From: an uncultured virus (IMG/VR IMGVR_UViG_3300021089_000003)
Lineage: Duplodnaviria > Heunggongvirae > Uroviricota > Caudoviricetes
DNA: 64,000 nucleotides
Reading direction: 5' to 3' (one strand)
IMG/VR virus record: IMGVR_UViG_3300021089_000003
The translations under genes and the position numbers were made by a program. This document shows, piece after piece, positions 56,823-64,000 of the stretch; positions within the stretch are counted from its first letter, which is position 1; each line of letters starts with the position of its first letter. The notes under the pieces are model-generated. The model searched no databases, was not told the origin of the DNA, and saw only the letters and a program-made list of their open reading frames with translations.

Positions 56823-57505
56823 TGTTTATAGATTCTACAAAATATAATTCCTGGGCGGAATTAAAAAACTTTCAAAGGCAAGTAATATTAGAATACCATA
56901 ATGCTTTTACAACTGGTTCCAATACTACAACTGGTTCTTGGGATAAGTTAACTAGACCTCCTATAAAAGAAGGAGTAGGAAAAACAGAAGCAGAAAAAGT
57001 AGGATCAACTAGAAATCCAGCTCCTTTCGTATTAGAAGATTATTTAGAAAAGACAGATATAGATGATACTTGTTATAAAGATTTTTATTTGAATGGAGAA
57101 ATGCAAAAAGGATATACTGAAAGTGATATTTTTAAAGAAAGTATAGACTATGCAGTAAAAAATCTTAAAGGATTATATAAAATAACATTGGAAGGGTTAC
57201 CACCTGACGGAACAGTTCTTCCACGTACTGTTGCACATCATGAAAATAAATTTAAACAAGGTCCTTGTTTTACTATGTTAATGAGTATAAGCATTCCATC
57301 TGAAGACGTTATTAAATGTGGAATTAGAATAGGTAAAAAAGCAATAGAATTTAATCATGGACACGTTATATCATTTGATCCAGTAACGACTTATGAAACA
57401 TGGTACAAAGGATTAGGTCATACTTATTTAGAAGGATCTGTGCCAAGTTCTTATAGAGTTTTAATGCTTTTCGAAATTTTGAAGAAAGAATTTAATTTAA
57501 ATTAA
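56822..57505 (+). CDS. Degenerate AspH-like jelly-roll protein
   Basis: LPPDGTVLPR, CGIRIG, SFDP..YETW, RVLMLF; the His ligands appear substituted. Confidence 0.45.
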   Translation: MFIDSTKYNSWAELKNFQRQVILEYHNAFTTGSNTTTGSWDKLTRPPIKEGVGKTEAEKVGSTRNPAPFVLEDYLEKTDIDDTCYKDFYLNGEMQKGYTESDIFKESIDYAVKNLKGLYKITLEGLPPDGTVLPRTVAHHENKFKQGPCFTMLMSISIPSEDVIKCGIRIGKKAIEFNHGHVISFDPVTTYETWYKGLGHTYLEGSVPSSYRVLMLFEILKKEFNLN

Positions 57506-58286
57506 GTTTCTTTTTAAATTCATCAGTAAATTTACAATCAATTCGTAGTCCATATTCTTGTTCTTTACTAGTTTCACCACCGTGCCAATCTTGATCATTC
57601 CACCAAGATGAATTTGAATTAATATATGTTTTACTTCTTTTTTCAGGATCCCAAAGATAGAATCCTCTTTTAGTATTGTTTCTTACATGAATAAATTCGT
57701 TAGGACTATCTTTATAGTCTAGAGATTGTCCGGGTATTGCATACATATCTCTGTGTTCAAATGCTTTTCCATCATGCTCACAATGAAAAAATATAACTCT
57801 TCCAATATGACTAATAATATTTTGTTGGACTAAATTTTCAACCCATTTTACAACATTAGGAAAATATTTAGACTCCTCAGTCTTTTTACGTTGAGAATCT
57901 CGTATATCCCAGTTACCTTCTTCCCAAAGAAAATAATATATGTAAGGATCATTGGCTCCTAATGCGGATTTTAAATATCTTGTAAATAAATTTCTTTGCT
58001 TATAATCTTTAAAATCTTTTGGAAATAATTCTTTACCATGAATTTTAATAGGATTATCTTCTGGTAATTCTTTATACTCTTTAAATGCTTTGTATATAGG
58101 TTTCCAATCCAAAGTGTAACTCATGTCATCAAGATTAAATCCAGGTTCCATCCAAGTACCTTCTTTGGCATAGTCTCTAGCTAAAGCAAAACCTTTGCAA
58201 ATTTCTGGATGTAATTTTTTGAAATCTTCAATATTTAAATATTCGTCAAGAGTAATATATGGTTGACCACCAATTCCTTTAATCAT
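57492..58286 (-). CDS. 2OG-Fe(II) oxygenase-like protein
   Basis: GRVIFF..EHRD..EFIH..WHGG..LRID; start moved to 58286. Confidence 0.55.
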   Translation of the reverse strand: MIKGIGGQPYITLDEYLNIEDFKKLHPEICKGFALARDYAKEGTWMEPGFNLDDMSYTLDWKPIYKAFKEYKELPEDNPIKIHGKELFPKDFKDYKQRNLFTRYLKSALGANDPYIYYFLWEEGNWDIRDSQRKKTEESKYFPNVVKWVENLVQQNIISHIGRVIFFHCEHDGKAFEHRDMYAIPGQSLDYKDSPNEFIHVRNNTKRGFYLWDPEKRSKTYINSNSSWWNDQDWHGGETSKEQEYGLRIDCKFTDEFKKKLNLN

Positions 58287-58288
58287 GC

Positions 58289-58310
58289 CAATATTTAGTG
58301 TTAAATATTG
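58289..58310. promoter_or_regulatory. Palindromic bidirectional late promoter
   Basis: caatattta-gtgt-taaatattg puts TAAATA on both strands between divergent genes. Confidence 0.65.
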
Positions 58311-58326
58311 ATGTCGGAAAAAATTC

Positions 58327-58926
58327 ATGGATTATAAAATAATACCTTACGAAGAACATTTAGATTTAGCTAACTTTTACCAAAATGCTAAACAAAAAGG
58401 ATTCGCAAATAATAGTTCAAAAAAAATATTAATAGATTCTATTAGTAAAGAACGTGAATCGCAAGTTTGGTTTTTACAATATAAAAATAAAATTGTAGGG
58501 TCTACTGCCGCACATTCTTTTGATGAAATGGGAGAAAATAGTTATAGAATATTAGCAAGAACTTGCGTGTTCACAGATGAATTACCAATTAATAATGTAA
58601 GAACTAAAAAGCAAATAGTAGAACATCAAAGTGTTACACCTCAATTTTTTATACCTGCTTGTATTGAATGGGTAGGACTTCAAGGTAAACCTTATGGGGG
58701 ATATTCATTAGATAATAAAAAACTTTATATAACAACAAATGAAAATGAAGAAGGTTCACAAAAATTAGTGCATAAAATATGGGCACCTATGTTAGCAAAA
58801 TCTGGTTGTTTAGAATATATTAAAGATTTAAATTATAGAAATACTCCACAAAGTATTTGGCGTTTAAATCCTACAGTGTTTTTATCTCAATTATATAAAC
58901 AAAGATTATGGAGATATAATGATTAA
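58327..58926 (+). CDS. GNAT-like acyltransferase
   Basis: WFLQYKNKIVG..AH, YRILART, LYITTN, QSIWRL. Confidence 0.55.
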   Translation: MDYKIIPYEEHLDLANFYQNAKQKGFANNSSKKILIDSISKERESQVWFLQYKNKIVGSTAAHSFDEMGENSYRILARTCVFTDELPINNVRTKKQIVEHQSVTPQFFIPACIEWVGLQGKPYGGYSLDNKKLYITTNENEEGSQKLVHKIWAPMLAKSGCLEYIKDLNYRNTPQSIWRLNPTVFLSQLYKQRLWRYND

Positions 58927-59611
58927 TTCAGGTTACGAATATTATTATAATAATGTTCCTGGTAAAGGACAATGTAGGAATAATTTAGTTTATACTAGTT
59001 TAATAAACAAAAATAAAACTGAATTTGTGCAGTGGTTTTTTAATGATTCATTTTATCATAAAGGACATAATCAAGTAATGGATGTAAAATTAATGAATCA
59101 AAAATGGTTAAGAGAAACTAATATGTTGTTAAAAATGCATAGTAAGTATCCTCAACATATACCAACAATTAATGATATAAATTATAAGCAGAAAAAAATT
59201 TATTTAGGTATAGAAGGTGTAGACTTTTGGGAACAAAGTCATAATGGAACATATGAAGATGTATTACCTAATTGGAAAGAACAAATGTTAGAAATAATTC
59301 AAGCACATAAAGATATGGGTATGTACAAATTTAGTCTTCATCCTAGTAGTTATTTTATAGTAGAAAATAAACTTAAATCTATTAATTATTTTTTTAGTTA
59401 TATGGGCCATGAATCTAAAATTACTGTTAAGGATCATTTAAGTCATATATCAAATGATAGAAAAGTAATAGTATATGAACAAATGAAAGTTATGGATATA
59501 GACGTTAATACTCCATTATCCTTTGATCAAGCCCAATTACTATGCTTTGAAAGTTTCCGACATAACTATCCTGATGACTTTATTAATGAAGCAATAAGCA
59601 TCTATAAATAA
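58919..59611 (+). CDS. Atypical kinase-fold protein (paralog of 55114)
   Basis: WLRETNML, HIPTINDI, WKEQMLEII, GMYKFSLHP. Confidence 0.5.
   Translation: MINSGYEYYYNNVPGKGQCRNNLVYTSLINKNKTEFVQWFFNDSFYHKGHNQVMDVKLMNQKWLRETNMLLKMHSKYPQHIPTINDINYKQKKIYLGIEGVDFWEQSHNGTYEDVLPNWKEQMLEIIQAHKDMGMYKFSLHPSSYFIVENKLKSINYFFSYMGHESKITVKDHLSHISNDRKVIVYEQMKVMDIDVNTPLSFDQAQLLCFESFRHNYPDDFINEAISIYK
59603..59610 (+). promoter_or_regulatory. Perfect T4 late promoter TATAAATA
   Basis: 5 nt before ATG 59616. Confidence 0.7.
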
Positions 59612-59615
59612 TTGT

Positions 59616-60767
59616 ATGAACGATACAAAGACATTAAGTTTATGTCATATTTGCTATAAACATATACCAGCTGAACGTATTACTAAAAATAATGCAGTTT
59701 ACCTTATTAAAACGTGCCCTGAGCATGGTCGTATGGAGTATATGGTAGAACATGATGTTGAATTTTACAAAAGTTTAGAATACGATAGAAAAGGTTATAG
59801 TATACCGCAAGGTATTATGATAGAAGTAACCGATCGTTGTAATTTAAATTGTCCTCATTGTTATCATGAACCAGATAATAAAGTATTAGACAGGTCTATT
59901 AATTCAATTTTAAAGCAAATAGAAGAAAATGTACATCCTGAAGCAGGTGCAATAATTCTTGCAGGTGCAGAACCAACAGTACGTAAAGATTTACCTGAAT
60001 TAATTGAAGCTACTTGTAAACTCATAAAAGATTTAGATAGAGGTCATCAGGATGTTTGTATTTTAACTAACGGTGTTAAACTTTCTGATAGAGCGTGGGT
60101 TAAACGAATTGCAAAAGCAGGTGCTAGAATGGTTATGATAGGATTAAATCATCCTAATTATCAAGGTAAAGTAGTACATAGAAAACAATTAGAAGGTATT
60201 AATAATTGTATTGCAGAAGGTGTATTTGTTTATTATACGGGATATACATTAGGAAGTTTGGATCAAATGGAAGATGTGTTGGAAGAAATACAATCTTTAG
60301 GATATAAAAGTTGGCAATATAGAATTAGAGCTGGTTCTGATATAGGTAGAAGTCCTGATGAACCGAAGTTCTTTTTAAGTGATCACGTAAAACTTATTAA
60401 AAGTATTTGTGATAAAAAAGGTTGGACTTGGGAAAAGAAACCTGCAGATGATAATTTATATCATTATATGGTTAACATTAATGGTATTACCCATAGAATT
60501 ATTCAATGGAGTGATCCTAAAACTATTGATATGGAACAATTAATGTGTGGTCCTTGGTGTAATTTTGTTCCATTAAAACCTGTAACTAACTTTTTACATC
60601 AAATAATGTTGCGTGATGCTAACGTTAATAATGGAAAACCGTTATTTGATACTGTACCTGAACGTTATATGTTTAAACCAGAAACTGTGGATTATAAAGT
60701 AGCTGAATGGACGTATAAAAGTTGGGACGATTATAAAATTAAACAATCTAATCTAGTTAATCAGTAA
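59616..60767 (+). CDS. Radical SAM enzyme with an MJ0619/Tes-type N-terminal metal-binding domain
   Basis: SLCHIC...VYLIKTCPEHG; IEVTDRCNLNCPHC; GAEPT; LTNG. Confidence 0.8.
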   Translation: MNDTKTLSLCHICYKHIPAERITKNNAVYLIKTCPEHGRMEYMVEHDVEFYKSLEYDRKGYSIPQGIMIEVTDRCNLNCPHCYHEPDNKVLDRSINSILKQIEENVHPEAGAIILAGAEPTVRKDLPELIEATCKLIKDLDRGHQDVCILTNGVKLSDRAWVKRIAKAGARMVMIGLNHPNYQGKVVHRKQLEGINNCIAEGVFVYYTGYTLGSLDQMEDVLEEIQSLGYKSWQYRIRAGSDIGRSPDEPKFFLSDHVKLIKSICDKKGWTWEKKPADDNLYHYMVNINGITHRIIQWSDPKTIDMEQLMCGPWCNFVPLKPVTNFLHQIMLRDANVNNGKPLFDTVPERYMFKPETVDYKVAEWTYKSWDDYKIKQSNLVNQ

Positions 60768-61227
60768 CATTGTAAGTTATAGATATTACCGTAGGACTTT
60801 TTAACCAAAAATCAATTGTTTTTAAAATTGTTTCACTATCTTTATAAGAACTACTACTAATTTTTAATAATAACAAATCTGCATTATCAGGCATCTTCTT
60901 TGATGCTAGTGTTAAAAACTCTTTTTCTAATAATCTTTTTTGAAAAGTATATTCAGGTTCTTGAACATCTCCATCGCCATCAGTAGCAACTGAACCACAT
61001 ACTACCATTTTTTTAACTTTAGTATGTAAGTCTTTTAAAAGATTTAGTTGTAAATGAGGATTAGGATTAGCATTGTTTATAAACAAATCACAACCTTCAG
61101 ATTCTTCTAAAATTTTTTCGTAAGAATAACCTGAATCAAATCCTTTAACATTGTAATTTTTTGATTTATAATAGACGTATAATTTCTTGCCAAGCCCTTT
61201 TGAGTGGCCCGTTATTCGGATTTTCAT
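60757..61227 (-). CDS. Minimal SDR
   Basis: ITGHSKGLG, FINNA, YTFQK. Confidence 0.7.
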   Translation of the reverse strand: MKIRITGHSKGLGKKLYVYYKSKNYNVKGFDSGYSYEKILEESEGCDLFINNANPNPHLQLNLLKDLHTKVKKMVVCGSVATDGDGDVQEPEYTFQKRLLEKEFLTLASKKMPDNADLLLLKISSSSYKDSETILKTIDFWLKSPTVISITYNVTD

Positions 61228-61237
61228 TTTAAATTAT

Positions 61238-62359
61238 TTAATTTAGATCGACCCAAGCTGATCCGTTATACCCTTGGAATTTAGTACCAGTAGTATTGAA
61301 TACTAACATACCTGCCGCCGGTGTAGCTATTGCAGTATCTCTTGCGGAATCATCAGCATATACTTTAAGTTGAACAGGACCATCTACATCTAAAGTACCA
61401 GCAGGACCAGTAGGATTTTCTTTATTAATTCCTAGTCTGCCTAAGTAATCAAATGCTAATATTTTTTCTGTTGAACCATTGTCTGGTGTAGTAACCATTA
61501 CAATCTTACCTGGAACTTGTCCAGCACCTACTACAGCACTTGCGGCAGTTTCTACTGAAAATGCTATGTAAGAAGATCGTCTATAAGCAGTACCATCGTG
61601 TCCGTGTGCAAGATTAGTGAATAATATATCTCCTTTTTGTACTACTTGAGGAGATAGTAAAGAGTTTCTTGCAGAATGGTATTCAATTGAATTAGAAGTT
61701 GTACCATTAACTCCAGCTGTATAAACTTTCCAAGCTGGTAAAGTTGTAACAGGACTGTACTGTTCTATACCAATACCTGTTGCAGAATCAGTTCTGCTTA
61801 CTTTTAAAATTGTTTGATTATTAATTAATTCAAGTGCATTTTCATTGAATACAATGTCACCGTTAGTAATAACATTTGCATTACCATCTATTCTTAAAGT
61901 ACTATCAGTAGCAAATACAGAGCCACTTATGTCACCTGTTACAGAACCAGTAACATTACCTATAACTGCACCAGTATGTGTACCAGCACTATTACCAGTT
62001 AAATCACCACTTACGTTTCCAGTTAAACCTCCAACTAATGCTGTAGATGATAAAGAAGAAAAACCAACCCCAACTCCACCTGTTATTGAAGCTGTACCGT
62101 CATTAAATTTTACGCCGAAAATTTCTTTCCATAATTTAGCGGCTGTACCTAAATCTCTAGTGTTAGTTTGATCTGGAATGAAGTCCGCCGCAACGTTATT
62201 ATATTGCGATGCGACAGTAGTATCTACTGCATTACCACCTACTGTTGAAGCATCTCCTACATATAACTTTTTAGTATCTGTAGTATAGATTATTTCACCT
62301 TCAGCGGGTGTAATTGTACCTCTTTGTGTGTCTGTTCCTCTTCGAACTTGAAAAGCCAT
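61238..62359 (-). CDS. Fibre/adhesin with an Mtd/hyaluronidase-type N-terminal domain
   Basis: QVRRGT..PAEGEIIYTTDTKKLYVGD; G(N/D)(V/L)TG repeats; late TAAATA at 62398-62403. Confidence 0.75.
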   Translation of the reverse strand: MAFQVRRGTDTQRGTITPAEGEIIYTTDTKKLYVGDASTVGGNAVDTTVASQYNNVAADFIPDQTNTRDLGTAAKLWKEIFGVKFNDGTASITGGVGVGFSSLSSTALVGGLTGNVSGDLTGNSAGTHTGAVIGNVTGSVTGDISGSVFATDSTLRIDGNANVITNGDIVFNENALELINNQTILKVSRTDSATGIGIEQYSPVTTLPAWKVYTAGVNGTTSNSIEYHSARNSLLSPQVVQKGDILFTNLAHGHDGTAYRRSSYIAFSVETAASAVVGAGQVPGKIVMVTTPDNGSTEKILAFDYLGRLGINKENPTGPAGTLDVDGPVQLKVYADDSARDTAIATPAAGMLVFNTTGTKFQGYNGSAWVDLN

Positions 62360-62439
62360 TTTAAATGCTACTCCTTAATATACCTATGTTGTAACAGTAT
62401 TTATGATATTTATCATAGGTACGGTATTACAGGACTTTG

Positions 62440-62769
62440 CTATTTGTTCTTCTTTATGAACTTATGGGTGCGTTTTTGGACGTCTTTTTTAATCTTTTGC
62501 GTATCTAGACTAAAATCAACATTTTTAATGGCCCCTGCATAGGTCTTAAATATGTCCTGTAAGGTGTTTTCTAGGTCCGCATGGGTGAAGTTTTTTCTAC
62601 TAGGTTTAAGCCTAATATCCCAATTTTTACCATCTTTAAACTGTACCTTTATACCTATTAGGTATTGGACAGGGATAGTTTGTACGTCTAAATCAGAAAA
62701 AACTTCGGGCCAATGGGCCACAACTTCTTTAGGGAGTTTCTTTTTGTTAAACTTGACCATAACAGACAT
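62440..62769 (-). CDS. Hypothetical phage protein
   Basis: Co-oriented ORF within the operon. Confidence 0.6.
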   Translation of the reverse strand: MSVMVKFNKKKLPKEVVAHWPEVFSDLDVQTIPVQYLIGIKVQFKDGKNWDIRLKPSRKNFTHADLENTLQDIFKTYAGAIKNVDFSLDTQKIKKDVQKRTHKFIKKNK

Positions 62770-62773
62770 AAAC

Positions 62774-63328
62774 TTATTCTGCTGTTTCGGTCTTGCTTTT
62801 CTTAGGCGATAAAGTTTCAGCTTCTTTTCTTAATCTAGCCGCTTCTTTATATAATCTATCAGCATCACTTCTCATTTTTGAAGCAATTTGATCATCTGTC
62901 ATTACATTTGCCGTTGGAGTTGCTACATTACTTGTAACACCTTCTTTAACAGATAATTCGTTTATAGATACACCTTTTTGATTAGCAATAATTTTGTTTA
63001 ACTCATCCAATGCTACAGATGTTGTAGGGTTTGGTGTCATTTCTACTTCGCTTGTAGGCACACTTTGCAAATTTGCGAATTTATGAAATTTAGGTAACAT
63101 TACATCTCCACTAGAACTTCTAGTTCTGTTTAAAACTTCATAAAGTTCAAACGCAGTTTGTCCTTCATTAGATTCAACAGCTTTCATTAAAGAGTCATGA
63201 TCCTGAGCATTTAATTTTGCTGTTTCAATTACTAGTGCAGATTTGGAATCTCCTGGTAATGTTCTGTAAACAACAACAACTTTTGCTTTAGACCCTTTAA
63301 GTCTGCCAACGTGTTTTGTATCAGCCAT
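62774..63328 (-). CDS. Hypothetical phage protein
   Basis: GGAGG SD; stop/start overlap with the upstream ORF. Confidence 0.65.
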   Translation of the reverse strand: MADTKHVGRLKGSKAKVVVVYRTLPGDSKSALVIETAKLNAQDHDSLMKAVESNEGQTAFELYEVLNRTRSSSGDVMLPKFHKFANLQSVPTSEVEMTPNPTTSVALDELNKIIANQKGVSINELSVKEGVTSNVATPTANVMTDDQIASKMRSDADRLYKEAARLRKEAETLSPKKSKTETAE

Positions 63329-63660
63329 TATTTTTTTCCTCCTATTGCATCAGCTTTTGCAGTTGCAGTAGCTGGTGCTTTTGCAGAATCTTTCTTTTCC
63401 ATGTCTTTTTGTTGTGCTTGGACAACGCCTAAAAAAGATTCTAATTTATTATATGTGGCGCCAACAGCCTGCATTTCATTTGCCTTGAATGCTCCTCTTT
63501 GGCAAGCCGCATCTATTATAGATTTGATTATCCCTAAATCTTGGACAGTCAAATCAGCCGGTGGTGCTTGGATACCTTGTGGACCTCCTGGTCCTACTGT
63601 ACCTACTCCTGCCGGTGCGGGTGCTTGTTTTGCCGCATCTGTTTTTGCTTGTTCAGTCAT
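63328..63660 (-). CDS. Hypothetical phage protein
   Basis: GGAG SD; late TAAATA at 63702-63707; core LTVQDL..IIDAACQRGAF. Confidence 0.65.
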   Translation of the reverse strand: MTEQAKTDAAKQAPAPAGVGTVGPGGPQGIQAPPADLTVQDLGIIKSIIDAACQRGAFKANEMQAVGATYNKLESFLGVVQAQQKDMEKKDSAKAPATATAKADAIGGKK

Positions 63661-63704
63661 ATTAATATGTTTCTCCGTATTGTTTTAATTGTATACGAAG
63701 ATAT

Positions 63705-63992
63705 TTAATGTCGAGAGATGTGAGGGCAACTCAAATTGAATATACTCATCTCTTTTGGTTCTTCAAACCCTACCAAAATAGAATGAATAATTTGATCTGA
63801 CTTATTGACTTTGACGTGTTTTCCAATGTAATATCTGCTTTTTAGATTATCCACAATCCAACTTTCAACAATAGTTTGGTACTCGTGATTTTTATCTGAT
63901 AGCTCTTGAAACTCCATACCTTTTGGTTTTTTGGTAAATTTTCTAGCGTCTAAAAAGTTTAATGGATTAGGTATATTAGTTTTTGGAAACAT
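63705..63992 (-). CDS. Hypothetical phage protein
   Basis: Co-oriented ORF. Confidence 0.55.
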   Translation of the reverse strand: MFPKTNIPNPLNFLDARKFTKKPKGMEFQELSDKNHEYQTIVESWIVDNLKSRYYIGKHVKVNKSDQIIHSILVGFEEPKEMSIFNLSCPHISRH

Positions 63993-64000
63993 TATGCGTC

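Noticed and set aside
56908..56937. 12-bp direct repeat tacaactggttc
   Set aside because: Small in-frame coding duplication (TTGS); no evidence of function.
61238..62359. Diversity-generating retroelement suggested by the Mtd-like N-terminus
   Set aside because: No reverse transcriptase and no TR/VR repeat pair seen in the window.
4701..63688. Many short antisense or nested ORFs in the track (e.g. 4701-5024, 31651-31956, 53185-53670, 63311-63688)
   Set aside because: They lie opposite or inside well-supported genes and show no recognisable motifs.
1..64000. Stop-codon reassignment
   Set aside because: Genes tile densely under the standard code, and TAA, TAG and TGA all end genes.

Overview
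AT-rich segment of a large T4-like (myovirus/jumbo) phage genome; no tRNA, rRNA, CRISPR array or transposase was seen. 1-2 kb: start of a probable tape-measure gene, divergent from a gp26-like hub/chaperone gene. That gene ends in a slippery heptamer that would join it to the next ORF by a -1 frameshift. 2-3.5 kb: a GC-richer patch with a HemD-like gene, a ~390-nt densely structured non-coding element (G-U pairs favour a minus-strand RNA) and an Hjc-type nuclease. 3.5-7.4 kb: gp46/gp47 and a gp55-like late sigma factor, behind sigma70 promoters. 7.5-39.4 kb: baseplate and tail module (gp48/54, gp53, hub, gp5, PAAR, gp25, gp6, a 4893-aa giant protein, three paralogous fibres). 39.4-61.2 kb: a ~22-kb tailoring-enzyme island with 4 glycosyltransferases, 7 radical SAM enzymes, 5 2OG-Fe(II)-like oxygenases, 2 kinase-fold proteins, 2 SDRs, a methyltransferase, an SGNH, a GNAT and a QueC-like enzyme. 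The island is bracketed by fibre genes and partly driven by late TAAATA promoters that appear to give leaderless mRNAs. All functional calls come from motifs recognised by eye; no database searches were run.
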